The notes under the pieces were generated by a model that worked only from the letters and a program-made list of their open reading frames with translations, made no database searches and was not told the DNA's origin. Positions 48,094 through 58,933 of a stretch of 64,000 nucleotides of DNA are shown piece after piece. The stretch's first letter is position 1; the number at the start of each line of letters is the position of its first letter. The stretch comes from Neophaeotheca triangularis (taxonomy: Eukaryota), in the NCBI GenBank assembly GCA_054600435.1, contig BAAIJX010000003.1, positions 124,001 to 188,000 of the forward strand, given 5' to 3'. Position numbers and translations under genes: made by a program.

Positions 48094-51060
48094 ATGCCCT
48101 CCAATGCCTCCGCCCTCCGACGCATCATATGTCGAATTGGCAACCCTCCTCGACCAAGCGGCGTCCCTCGTAAAACCCTCTCGACGAATCCCGACTTCTC
48201 TGCTCGACAATGGCAGCGCGCCGCCGCAGGGCAAACAGCAGGCTCTGGAGTTCCTCATCACCCATCTCGAGAACTGCGAGGCCCGCCTGGAGGCGAAGAT
48301 GAAGAATCCTCTGCCGGAAGAGGATTGGGAAACGGTGCCGAGCAATCTGCACAGAATGATAGAAGCCACGCGGATCTGCCGGAGCAGAGACAGGCCGACC
48401 CTTACAGTGGTAGCCGCAATAGGGCTGGTCCGCATGGAAAGGAACCTGGACATCCGAATACTCCAGGCGCGAAGCGAAATGCGCCACAGAGAGCGCTGGT
48501 TGAGGATGAAGGCGCGACACCAGATTCGCATGAAACGAGCAGACCGCCAAAGATTAGAATCCTCAAATCGACAGATCGCAAGCCTCAACCGCAAGTGGAT
48601 GCATTCGCAGAAGCCGTCGAGTCCAGTCGAGACAGACAGCGGGATGGTAACGCATTCCGAAAGCTGAAGAGTCAGAAGGATCTGGGACCGAGATATCTAA
48701 CCTCCTACGCCGATGCACAGCGTACACGGAGGTTGAAGCAGGGTGTGCGAGTAAAGCTGATGTGGCACCGGCAGGGCCCGCAGTCAAAGGATTGGCGAAC
48801 GGCACTCAAGATGTTGGAGGAGAATTCACCGACAGGGAGCGAGCATTATGTCAAACATATGGAGACTGTTCGTCTGCCTATGGGCGTGGAAGCCGAGTTC
48901 TTAGGCAACGCTGGCGAACGCGTTCTGGAAGTTATGCAGAGAACTGGATGTCACATTCAGCTACTTGGTGACCGTTCTAAAGTGGCTGTCAAGAAGTTAC
49001 CCACAAACTCGCGATTTGATTCGCTCGCTCTATATGGGACACCCGGACAGAACGCTGCTGCCATAGCTCTCTTGCCCAGTCTCGTTGAGATAGTGGTAGA
49101 GGATGATCTCAATGCCAGTAGGAACTTGACGGACTACCATCTGCATTCCGAAGAGACGAAACAACACCCTCAGTATCCAGGCCACACGGATGATCCAGCT
49201 GACAGCGCTTGGCTTAATAATTCGCTGGACAACGAGCTGGAACGCGCGGTGGAAAGCATTACCAATCCCATTCGCGCAGTTTGGTTTCGGGACCAGGCCA
49301 CTGATGCTGCTCCTGCGCCATCGATCCAGTCCCCTGCGTTGGCTTTGACTGAACGGATAAGGTATCTTACGGCACCAACGCCGCGATTGAAAGACCGCAA
49401 ATTGCACGGCACTCAAGACCCCACGAAAAACAGTCCTCGGCTCCACGCGATACTTGACGAAGTATTATCTCTCATCCGTAACAGCGAAGATGTCACCAAC
49501 GAAGCTTTGACGCTGGCCGTAAACTTCTTTACCGAACACGATGCCTTACCGCAACTGCGAGCACTTCTAGATAGCGCTTCAAATAGCAGTCCCGGCGCTG
49601 TAACAGCGCCAATCTATGACCGCGTGCTTGCCTCCTGCGCTCAAGCCCAAAGCGTGGTTGACTTCCGCCACTCTCTTGCTCTCATGCTCCAGCAGAATTT
49701 TCAGCCCACAGCCGACACTTGGATCCATTTTCATACACTAATTTCACTTCGTTTTGAGAGGGAAGCCGGAACAGTTGCCGACAAAATGCGCGAGAAAGGG
49801 ATCCTGTCCAGCCCGCCCGTCTGTGCAGCAATCGTTCAAAATACCATCGAACGTTCCCTTTCCCAACATTTAGGGGACAACGAAAGCTTCGGCGCCTTTA
49901 TCTCCAAGATTGACTCTCGCTGGCCTGGGATCCGATGGCTTACACGCTCCACAGGCAACCGAATGCTTAAACTTCTGCTCGCACGAGGACAGCGTGATAA
50001 TGCCTTTTTAGTCTTCGACTTGATGCTCTCTCGCCGCGTACTCCCCAAAGCTGACACCCTCAACACCTTCCTTGCCTCTCCCTATCGCGACCAAGACCTC
50101 CCGGGCATTCTCGCCATTCTCGCGCGCTTCGACGAGACTTGCACCAAACCAATTGCCTTCAACCAATACACTTACCGCATGCTCTTCAAAATCGCATGGC
50201 GGAAGCGCTACTGGAACGTCCTACGGGTCGTTTGGCGCTATGCCGTTTGCGCGGGTTTCGTCGACTTCCCAATGCAGGACACGATACAAAAATCGCTGAC
50301 CGCACCTCTTCAACCCACCTTGTCCCCCAAATCCAAAAAAGGAACCACCGGCAGTCGTCAAGAAATCTTCCACGCTTTGGCAGGCAAATTTGCCATCGGC
50401 CTGATCGACGGTCTCAAATCCCAAAGCCAAGAGTCCGACGCCAAACCCGAACCTGAAACTCCTACAGAAACCCCCGCAGAAAACACTTTCACCCTCAAAA
50501 CCCGCAGATCGTCGCTCCTTTCCCTCTCCGCGACCGAAACCTCCACGACCCGCCTCCACTCTTTACGTTCCCTCCTCAAAGCCGAACTTTCCGAAGTCCA
50601 GTCCCTCCGCCCCTGCGTTCCAATACTCGCGAAACTTCAGGAAGCTCTCGAGAAAGACCTTCGCTGGAAAAAGCGTTCATTGGGCTTACCTACCGGTTTG
50701 AAGGCCGGGGAGAGATATGCATCGCTTAACGCTGGCACTCACGGCGAGCAAGGCGTGGGGTTGCTAGTGGAGCTGCTCAAGCACGGTGTTAGTGTTCCTG
50801 TCGCCGTGGGTGATGGCACAAGGGTCGAGAGGAGTTTGCCTGACGGATGGATGTGGTGGGGAAATTCGGTTGGGGGAGAGGAGGGTAGAGAGGCGGCTTG
50901 GAAGGCGCAGAGGGAGGGGGTGGAGTTTTGGCAGGCTGAGGAGTGGGAGGGTTTGGAGGCTGAGCAGGTGGAGGTGGTGGGAGGGAGTGAGTTGGGTGCG
51001 GAAGCCGGGGAAAAGAGCGCGGAGGGTGGTCGAGAGGTAGAAGGCGGATATATGCGCTAG
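48094..51060 (+). CDS. Putative mitochondrial pentatricopeptide-repeat (PPR-like) RNA-binding protein with a KH-like segment, 988 aa
   Basis: Arg-rich, acid-poor N-terminus resembling a presequence; KH-like VLEVMQRTGCHIQL; PPR-like helices (IYDRVLASCA, FQPTADTW, VLPKADTLNTFL, FNQYTYRMLFKIAW). Confidence 0.7.
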   Translation: MPSNASALRRIICRIGNPPRPSGVPRKTLSTNPDFSARQWQRAAAGQTAGSGVPHHPSRELRGPPGGEDEESSAGRGLGNGAEQSAQNDRSHADLPEQRQADPYSGSRNRAGPHGKEPGHPNTPGAKRNAPQRALVEDEGATPDSHETSRPPKIRILKSTDRKPQPQVDAFAEAVESSRDRQRDGNAFRKLKSQKDLGPRYLTSYADAQRTRRLKQGVRVKLMWHRQGPQSKDWRTALKMLEENSPTGSEHYVKHMETVRLPMGVEAEFLGNAGERVLEVMQRTGCHIQLLGDRSKVAVKKLPTNSRFDSLALYGTPGQNAAAIALLPSLVEIVVEDDLNASRNLTDYHLHSEETKQHPQYPGHTDDPADSAWLNNSLDNELERAVESITNPIRAVWFRDQATDAAPAPSIQSPALALTERIRYLTAPTPRLKDRKLHGTQDPTKNSPRLHAILDEVLSLIRNSEDVTNEALTLAVNFFTEHDALPQLRALLDSASNSSPGAVTAPIYDRVLASCAQAQSVVDFRHSLALMLQQNFQPTADTWIHFHTLISLRFEREAGTVADKMREKGILSSPPVCAAIVQNTIERSLSQHLGDNESFGAFISKIDSRWPGIRWLTRSTGNRMLKLLLARGQRDNAFLVFDLMLSRRVLPKADTLNTFLASPYRDQDLPGILAILARFDETCTKPIAFNQYTYRMLFKIAWRKRYWNVLRVVWRYAVCAGFVDFPMQDTIQKSLTAPLQPTLSPKSKKGTTGSRQEIFHALAGKFAIGLIDGLKSQSQESDAKPEPETPTETPAENTFTLKTRRSSLLSLSATETSTTRLHSLRSLLKAELSEVQSLRPCVPILAKLQEALEKDLRWKKRSLGLPTGLKAGERYASLNAGTHGEQGVGLLVELLKHGVSVPVAVGDGTRVERSLPDGWMWWGNSVGGEEGREAAWKAQREGVEFWQAEEWEGLEAEQVEVVGGSELGAEAGEKSAEGGREVEGGYMR

Positions 51061-51483
51061 GCTCGATGTAAGAATATGTAGGAAATTGTACAACCACAAG
51101 CCCATTCATGCCTTGATCCGACCTCATCTTTTCTCAAGAGCATGTTCGACCGCTCGATCGTCTTTGGTTCTCTCTCGACATTTGCTTACTGTTCGTGAAT
51201 TTGCCTTGATCAAGAGAGGGGAAAGGTGAGAGAACGCAGCGATCAGAGATTATGAGGTGGCGGTTCGCAAAGGCGGCGGATGTGTACACGGTAAAAATCG
51301 GCCGAGAAAGCCCCGAGATACATAGACTCGACCTCAGCGCGTCTTCAGGGGGTGTCGCGCCAAGTACTCGAGACAAGTTAAAAGACGCAACTCGCAGCTA
51401 CCTAGGTATTCATACCAAGCAGGCAATAACAATAGGTATACGGGAGTCGCCGCTAGCGACGAAAGGATGGAGTGATATTTGCA

Positions 51484-52287
51484 ATGCCTCTTCTCTCAGC
51501 TCTGAACCTACCCCGGCTCTTTCGCTTGCCAGGCTTTGGACGACGAAGGGCGCGGAGAGCCCGCATGGCGACACTAACGACCGCATTGGTCATTCTCGTC
51601 GTGATCGTTCTGCCGTTCTACACCATCTACAAGCCACCGCGCTTCCTCGTCCAATACTTCCAACAAAAATTCCCCCAAGTCCTCTTCCACGCCTCAACAA
51701 CCCAGAAACTCATAGCCTTAACAATCGACGATGCCCCCTCAGCCTATACGAAAGACATCCTCGACATACTAACCGCCAACGACGCCCACGCCACTTTCTT
51801 CGTCATAGGAAACCAAGTAGTAGGCAGAGAGAACACGCTAGTCGACCTCATCACCGCCGGCAACGAACTCGGAAACCACGCGATGCACGACGAACCCAGC
51901 ATCTCCCTACCCAGCAACGTCCTAGCAGCCGAAATTTCCCAAGTCAACGCACAAATCGACACTGCGTATGCCGCGGCCGAACAGAGCAGGACGAATCACC
52001 TCTTCCGCCCCGGTTCGGGGGTTTTCAGCCGCCGGCTTCTGGACATCGCGGACCAGGGAGGTTACCGGACTATTCTAGGCAGTATCTACCCTCATGATCC
52101 GTTTATTAAATACTGGTGGATCAATGCTAGGCACATCCTTAGCATGCTGAGGCCTGGAGCGGTGGTTATCTGCCATGACCGCCGGAGCTGGACGGTGCCT
52201 ATGCTGAGCAAGGTTGTGCCCGAGATGAAGCGGCGGGGATATGAGGTTGTTACGGTTTCTGAGTTCTTGGAGAGAACGAAGGGCTGA
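51484..52287 (+). CDS. Polysaccharide deacetylase (CE4/NodB domain) with N-terminal membrane anchor
   Basis: Motifs LTIDDAP, ATFFVIG, GNHAMHD, FRPGSG, ICHD, GYEVVTVSE. Hydrophobic segment LTTALVILVVIVLPFY follows a basic stretch. Confidence 0.9.
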   Translation: MPLLSALNLPRLFRLPGFGRRRARRARMATLTTALVILVVIVLPFYTIYKPPRFLVQYFQQKFPQVLFHASTTQKLIALTIDDAPSAYTKDILDILTANDAHATFFVIGNQVVGRENTLVDLITAGNELGNHAMHDEPSISLPSNVLAAEISQVNAQIDTAYAAAEQSRTNHLFRPGSGVFSRRLLDIADQGGYRTILGSIYPHDPFIKYWWINARHILSMLRPGAVVICHDRRSWTVPMLSKVVPEMKRRGYEVVTVSEFLERTKG

Positions 52288-54012
52288 GCTGTAGCCACCA
52301 GGAATCGACCACTCGTGGATTGTTGAGTTCTCACAGTCCCGCTTCGCCCAGGACCATGGCTGCAGGAAGGGGTGATCGAAATCAGCAATCGCCCGTCATC
52401 GCGGCGAACTCGCCCTGAGACAGAAATGCGTCCATTTGCTAGCGCTATACGATCCCGATCTCCAAGTGGACTAGAAGGCTCTTTAAGCTAACGACGTACT
52501 GAACAATGCAATCCCGACGAGCAACGACCGTCCAGCTGATTCTTTTAGGGCGCAGGACGGGAGTTGAGGATTTGTCGCTACTTGTTAAGATGTGGAACTA
52601 CCTTGAGCCCTCGCACGGATCGGACGTTGTGCTGAATCCGCCAAATGCCCCGGTAATGAGATAACTACGGGACTTCACTGATGTCGTTGCGGCTGCTCCC
52701 ATGTCCTCCAGTCACTTTCCGGCTCGAGGCCCTGCATTACAAAGATCCTCTTACCGCTCTCGCCAACTATTCCAGCGCGTCAGACTGCATGCTGTTACAA
52801 CAGAACTCTTGGATGGATAGAAACCAGCCGAAACACAATTCCCAACGTTACACCGGCCACAGAGAATCCCCTCCTCCAACATCGACATGAACGCAATTAC
52901 AGAGCTTCTGCTCATCGCCATGCCCACCTCGCACCCTCTCCTTCCTCGTCAAGACTCCACTCCCTCTTTTACAGCCAATCTCACAGCAACCAGCAATCAG
53001 CAACCCACTCAACCCCTCAACTTCCGCAGCCACTCCACACATCTCCATCTCACGATCCTCATGTTTTTTGAGAGCGCTCCTGAGCCGTGCTCACCACAGC
53101 CCCTCCTCGGCCATGTCGGGCATCAATTTGAGCCCATTACCGTACACCCACGAGTCCAGAAGCCAACTTCTCCGGGCCCCGCGCCTCTGACTGCGGACGT
53201 GCGCGATCTCCCTTGCGCATACCCCTTGTCGCGTTGCGCAGATCGTGTAAGACGTCTTTTTCCATGGTTGGGTGTGTTGGGTGGGGCTTTGGTGTTTAAG
53301 GACAGAAAGTGGTTGTGCAGGCGAACGGGAAAGGCTTTGATGACGATATTTGGGCTACGACTTACGCTCTGCTTGAGGCGCAAGCGCTCTTGACGGTGGA
53401 CCTCTTTTTGGGGTTGCGGATAAAGGCTCTTCGATCGTGTCAGGTATAGGTGGGGGCTGGGGTAATGGCAACTCATCTTTGGCCATGTTGGGGTTCCGGT
53501 GATGGCAGAGTGGCAGCGGCCCGGTGGTATGTGCAAAAAGGTCGCCGCGCCAGCTTCAACGCTTTGACCGTGTGGTGTATGCTGGATAGTTCTCGACCGC
53601 CCGCCTACACGACCTAGCCCTCGCCGTTTTCTGCGCCATGTGTCGATTCTGCCATTCACCCCTGGGGCGTTTTTTAAGGAAATGCTTCGGTGAAATTGTA
53701 CTGATTCGTTTCTCCCACTCTCCTTTCCTAATCTCCGGTGCAATGCTCTCATCAAGAGTTACTTGAAAGCTTGAATAGTTCCATGAAGAAGAACGTCGAT
53801 GATGGCTAATCATGCCTTCTACAAGCGTTATGTCGCATTGCCTGCGCTACGGTAGGAGCAGTACAGCGGTCAACCTCAGGCATGGAGCTCGCGGACGTCG
53901 TGTGGACAGATTCGTGCAAGGTAAGTGTTCCTGACTTATTTACGACGAAGAGAGTCTGGACTGCTTCCGTGACATGCGTGAAATACCAGATGAACCCCTC
54001 GCAGCGTCAGTA

Positions 54013-55497
54013 TCAACCAGACTCACTCCCATGGTAGGTTATGAACTTCTCCTGCAAGAACTCTTCCATCCCCCACCCGGCATTCTGCCTCCCCCACCCA
54101 CTGCCCTTGACACCTCCCTGCGGCCCAGTCGCGCTGGTGAATACCGAGATACTGTTGACATGGCATTGGCCATACTCCAGCTCCCTACCCATCTTCACCG
54201 CTCTCTCCATGTTCGTCGAATGGATCGTGGCGTTCAACCCGTACGCCGAGCGGTTCGCCAACTCGATTGCCTCTATGTCTGTGTCGACGATGTAAAACAA
54301 GGCTGAGGGGCCAAAGGTCTCTTCGTCGATTATACGTAATGACTCCGGTGAGGTCTTGGATTCCATCATGACAATTGAGGGCTTGACGGCATTGAGCCCT
54401 ACCATTTCGGGTCCGCCAACAAGAAACTGCGCTCCGGCATCCTTGGCTTCTTGCAGCATGCCTTGCGCCTTCTCTGCTATGCCCGCGTGTGCGGCAGTGC
54501 CGCCAGACTCCTCGCTGACGGCTTTGCTGAGTAGTTCCTGAAATTCCTTCGCAACGGACGACTGAACGATGATACGTTCGGTGGAGAAACAAATCTGGCC
54601 GTGATGCAGCGTAGCCCCTTTAGCGCACAGAGTGGCGGCTCTTCGCAAGTCCGCGTCGTCGAGCACAATGGCTGGACACTTGCCTCCCAGCTCCATTAAG
54701 ACTGGCTTGAGGTGCTTCGCTGCCGTGGCTCCAATGATACGTCCGACGCTCGCGGAACCGATGAACTCGATTTTGCGGATTGCATTGTGGGCTATCAGTG
54801 CCTCTGTGACGGCTGCAGCGCTGGCACGGTCGGATTGTAGCGAATTGAGGCAGCCGGGGGGTAAGCCGGCTTGGTGGTAAATGTCGACGATAAGACTGTG
54901 CGTCAGGGGCGAGAGCTCGCTGGCCTTGAGCACGACAGTGCAACCCGCGGCAAGCGCGCTCGTGATGCCACGAGTGGCAAGGACGAGTGCGGCATTCCAG
55001 GGAGGGATGCAAAGGACCGGGCCGACAGGTTCCTTGAAGACGAAAGCAAAGGTGTCTGGTTTGTCAATGGTCGGGATCTGGCCGGTGATGCTGCTCACGC
55101 GGCTGGCGATTTCGCGAAGGTAGCTGACTGTGAGGTTAATGTTGATGTTTGCCCAGCTTTCCTGGCAGCTCGTTTCGGCGATCTGGGCCTGAATCAGCTC
55201 GTCACGGCGTGAGAGGAAGAGGTCGGCGGCTTTGTTGATTATGTCTCGGCGAGTGTTGGCTGAGGCTCTTTTCCATCCACTGCGGCCGGTGTCTAGGGTG
55301 TTACCGGCAAAGGCTCGCCAGGACGATTCGCAAGCGGCATTGCAAGTGGCTGTATCCGTGGAAGCGTAGTGATGGACTACTGAATCTCGAGCTGACGAAT
55401 GGACCGGTCTGACTTGATCCCCATCGATAGGCAGCGCCTCGCCGTCTATCAGCAGCGGTACGACACTTTTACCCTGGCTGTCTTTCTCGAGGGGCAT
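54013..55497 (-). CDS. NAD(P)-dependent aldehyde dehydrogenase (salicylaldehyde/vanillin dehydrogenase-like), about 494 aa
   Basis: Start MPLEKD at 55497. Motifs IPPWNA, LKASE, FIGSASVG, MELGGKCP, GQICFS (catalytic Cys), EETFGP, YGL, GGVKGSGWGR. Confidence 0.93.
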   Translation of the reverse strand: MPLEKDSQGKSVVPLLIDGEALPIDGDQVRPVHSSARDSVVHHYASTDTATCNAACESSWRAFAGNTLDTGRSGWKRASANTRRDIINKAADLFLSRRDELIQAQIAETSCQESWANININLTVSYLREIASRVSSITGQIPTIDKPDTFAFVFKEPVGPVLCIPPWNAALVLATRGITSALAAGCTVVLKASELSPLTHSLIVDIYHQAGLPPGCLNSLQSDRASAAAVTEALIAHNAIRKIEFIGSASVGRIIGATAAKHLKPVLMELGGKCPAIVLDDADLRRAATLCAKGATLHHGQICFSTERIIVQSSVAKEFQELLSKAVSEESGGTAAHAGIAEKAQGMLQEAKDAGAQFLVGGPEMVGLNAVKPSIVMMESKTSPESLRIIDEETFGPSALFYIVDTDIEAIELANRSAYGLNATIHSTNMERAVKMGRELEYGQCHVNSISVFTSATGPQGGVKGSGWGRQNAGWGMEEFLQEKFITYHGSESG

Positions 55498-55792
55498 TTT
55501 GGGACAGATAGACAGGAACTTAATAAATGTGAGAGCCCAATGTTGGTAGGACACTTACCCGCTCCGCTATTCATTGAAGTACCAACAGAATACCAGCGCA
55601 GCGTCATGAATCGATGAGGTCGTTTGTTGACAGCGTCCCGGGATGCTCCCCACCACCCCACCGAGCAAGCTCTCTTTCGGCTATTGATGATGAATCGTCC
55701 ATTGTTCAAACACGGCTCGATGAGTGGTAGTCGAAAAAGCTGAAATATTACCATATCTCATTTACTTGGTTGTGAGGCCTATGATATTGGGA

Positions 55793-56932
55793 TTACAACC
55801 TGGCCCCGACTATCCTCGCATTCACCGCCACGGTGAGCGTGGCGATCGTCTTCAACACCGGCACATCCATACCAAACTCCTTCGCCCGCTTCAACGGCGT
55901 CCCTACGATAACGTCCACCTCCAGTGCATTGCCAGCTCTCATGTCGTTCTGCATGGAACTCCCTATCGCTCCCATGGGCTTGATCTTCTCGAAAAGCTCG
56001 TCGATCAGCTCGTACTTGATAGGGACGTCACATCTCCGTGCCACGTCAATGACCTCTTTCATCAACTGTCTGGTGATTGGCACAGCGTCAGGCGAGCTGT
56101 TCATCCAAGTCTCAGTGTCCGTGTTCGTGAGCGTCGTCAACGGGTTCCACGCTGCGTTCCAAACGACCTTCTCCCATCGCTTGATTTGAATGTTGTCCTC
56201 AACCTGAAAGATCGTCTTTCCTTGTGTCAACAGCTCTGCAAACTTGTCCAATCTGCCCTTCTCGACCTTGTTGTCGATCTTTGAGTTGGGGAAGAGCCCC
56301 ATTTGCATGTCTTCGGCTTTTGTGTGTGTGACGGTGCCAGGGGTAGGCTGCTTAGCACCGACCCAGGTTACGCAGCTGATAATGCTGCAGTTCGGGTAGA
56401 GTTCTCGGAAGGGGTCCTCGTTGCCGACGCCATTCTGGATGATGACAAAGGTGGTCGAATCGGAGACGACTGATTTGAAAAGAGGAGGGATGGCGGAGGG
56501 GTTCACTGCTTTGTGCGCGCAGACGATGTAGTCGAAGGTCTCCCCGGCCGCGTCCGAGGGCGACTTGTAGACTGTGATTCAGAGGGGTAAGCCATTATTG
56601 CCAATGAGGATTTCCTCCTGGACCAATCTTACCTCCATCGAAATGGACCTTGTGCGTGCCGTGGTTTTGGCTCTCAATCTTGAGACCATCCTTCTTTACT
56701 GAATCGTAGTTTGACCTCGCAATCACGCTGACGGATACATTTTCAGAGCGGGAGAGAACAAAGGCATAGAAGCCTGTCGCAAGTCAGGATGGGCTCGTTT
56801 GCGAACCGAATCGAATATCGGCCAGGCTTACCTCCTATGCTGGGTCGGTCAGCAGCATCTCTTTCGTTGATGAGCCGGTTAAACTCACGCTCCTAGTCCG
56901 AAAAGCAGAACTTTGGTCTTTGGCTGAGACAT
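55793..56932 (-). CDS. Ketopantoate reductase-like (ApbA/PanE family) 2-keto-acid reductase, about 323 aa
   Basis: complement(join(55793..56571,56633..56773,56832..56839,56889..56932)). Spliced Rossmann motif FGLGAIGG, then ARSNY, FDYIVCAHKA, IQNGVGNE, WEKVVWNAAWN, SSMQND, LEVDVIVG. Ends -ARL. Confidence 0.92.
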
Positions 56933-57086
56933 CTTGATATTCGTGGAATTAAACGTGTCGATAGAGATATGGCAGGGCAAATCAACTGCTGGATCCCTCG
57001 TTCCTCTTAGGTTGTTATATCGAGCAATAGCCGACCTCCCGACGTCAATGGATTGAGATGCCGCTCGCTTAATGCGCCCCCCATAC

Positions 57087-57118
57087 CCCCAACTTCACCC
57101 CAACTTCACCCCAACTTC
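57087..57118. repeat. (CCCCAACTTCA)x3 tandem repeat in the bidirectional promoter between the reductase and flavocytochrome b2 genes
   Basis: Units at 57087-57097, 57098-57108 and 57109-57118. Confidence 0.9.
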
Positions 57119-57283
57119 CCGCGAGTGGATCCTCTACGCTGCATCGCCATGTTGGACGTGATTCACCTTGACATGAATCGGTAGAAGTGTCTCGGTGTGG
57201 CGTGCCCTGGTCTGCCAAGTTCATATCAGTGCTTAATACGACCTGATCTACTGCGTGACCTCGTCCCTATTACACTCCACGCC

Positions 57284-58764
57284 ATGGCAGAAATACCCAT
57301 CCACGGCAACGAGCTAGTAAAGCACAATTCCAGGAACTCTTGTTGGCTAGCAATCAACGGCGCCGTTTGGGATACCACAAACTTCGTTGACCAACATCCT
57401 GGCGGTGCGAGCCTGATCCTCAAAGTCGCCGGACAAGATGCCACCGAATCTTATGAGGAAATTCACGAAGCGGGTCTGGTGGAGGAAACCCTTGGACCGG
57501 AAGCCCGCTTGGGTACAGTCGACATCTCAACAATACCACGGATAGATCCCAAGCCGGCTCCCAAGAGAGACGAGAAAAACAGCCCTCCTCTAAGCAGCAT
57601 GATCAATCTGGCCGATTTCGAGAAAGTTGCCGAGAAAACCATGACCCCGAATGCTTGGGCGTATGTTTCCTCGGGCGCCGACGATGAGATCAGCATGCGA
57701 GGAAACGGTAGCGCTTACCAGCGGATCATGCTCCGGGGTCGAGTGTTGCGGAATGTCAGTACGGTGGATTGCAGCACGACCATTTTGGGTCAACGATCGG
57801 CGCTTCCAATATATACCTCGCCCGTCGGTCTGGCTAAAATGATTCACCCTTCTGGAGAGTGCGCGATCGCAGCGGCAGATGGTAAGGAGGGCGTTATCCA
57901 GGTGGTCAATACCGTCTCCAGTATGCCCATCGAAGCCATCATGGACGCTCGGATGTCGTCTGATCAACCCATTTTCTGGCAGTTGTACGTTGACAAAGAT
58001 TTGACAAAATCGGAAGCTTTTGTTCGGAGAGTGGAGAAGACTGGAGTGAAGGCCATATGGTTGACATGCGACAGTCCGGTCGTGGGTAACCGTGAAAGGG
58101 ATGATCGGCTAAAGTCAGAGAGCGACGTGAGTATCAGTCTCCGGCACCTTCAGTCGTCGTTGGCAAACCACTAACCAAGCTATAGATTGAAGAGAAGATA
58201 GAGGAAGTTGTCGAGACACCACAAGGCGCGGGGATTGCAAAAGCGAACACCGGATTCATCAACGCTGGAATCGATTGGAACATTATCGACTGGCTGCGTG
58301 GCGTTACCAAGCTCCCGATAGTAATCAAGGGCATTCAATCTGTCGAGGACGCCGTCGCAGCTTTCGAGCACAACGTCGACGGCATCGTGCTTTCGAACCA
58401 CGGAGGCCGATCGCAAGATACGGCGCAGCCGCCCATTCTGACACTCCTGGAAATCAATAAATACGCACCTCATATCTTGGGCAAGCACATGCAGGTCTTT
58501 GTCGACGGCGGTATCAGAAGAGGAACGGACGTGATCAAAGCCTTGTGTCTTGGTGCAACGGCCGTTGGCGTTGGTAGGCCTGTACTGTTCTCCATGTCCG
58601 GTGGCTACGGCGAGTATGGGGTGCGTAGGATGTTGCAGATTCTGCGGAATGAGCTGCAGACTAACATGGCTTTCATTGGCGCGAGGAATGTTGGGGAGTT
58701 GAAAGCGGGCATGCTGAATACCAGGCGGCTCGAGAAGATTATGACTTTGAGTCCGAGGCTGTAG
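57284..58764 (+). CDS. Flavocytochrome b2-like FMN-dependent alpha-hydroxy acid dehydrogenase (cytochrome b5 + FMN domain), about 473 aa
   Basis: join(57284..58126,58186..58764). b5 motif HPGG, AWAYVSSGADDE, FWQLY, GNRERD, IKGIQ, SNHGGR, DGGIRRGTD. No mitochondrial presequence; ends -PRL. Confidence 0.94.
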
Positions 58765-58933
58765 ATGCTGTGGAAAAACGACATGATCGATGTTGGAGGA
58801 GGGGCTGGCCTAAGAAGATCTTCGGTATTTTAATCTTCACGTTCAGCGTGATGAAATGGCTTAGAAGACGTCAAGACAGGTCTATTCCCCTAAGTTGCGC
58901 CACAGCTATGCAGATATCAAGGCCTCAAACCTC

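Noticed and set aside
52887..53755. Overlapping 168-aa and 210-aa ORFs between the deacetylase and ALDH
   Set aside because: No recognisable family features; this is one of the C-rich/G-rich skew blocks.
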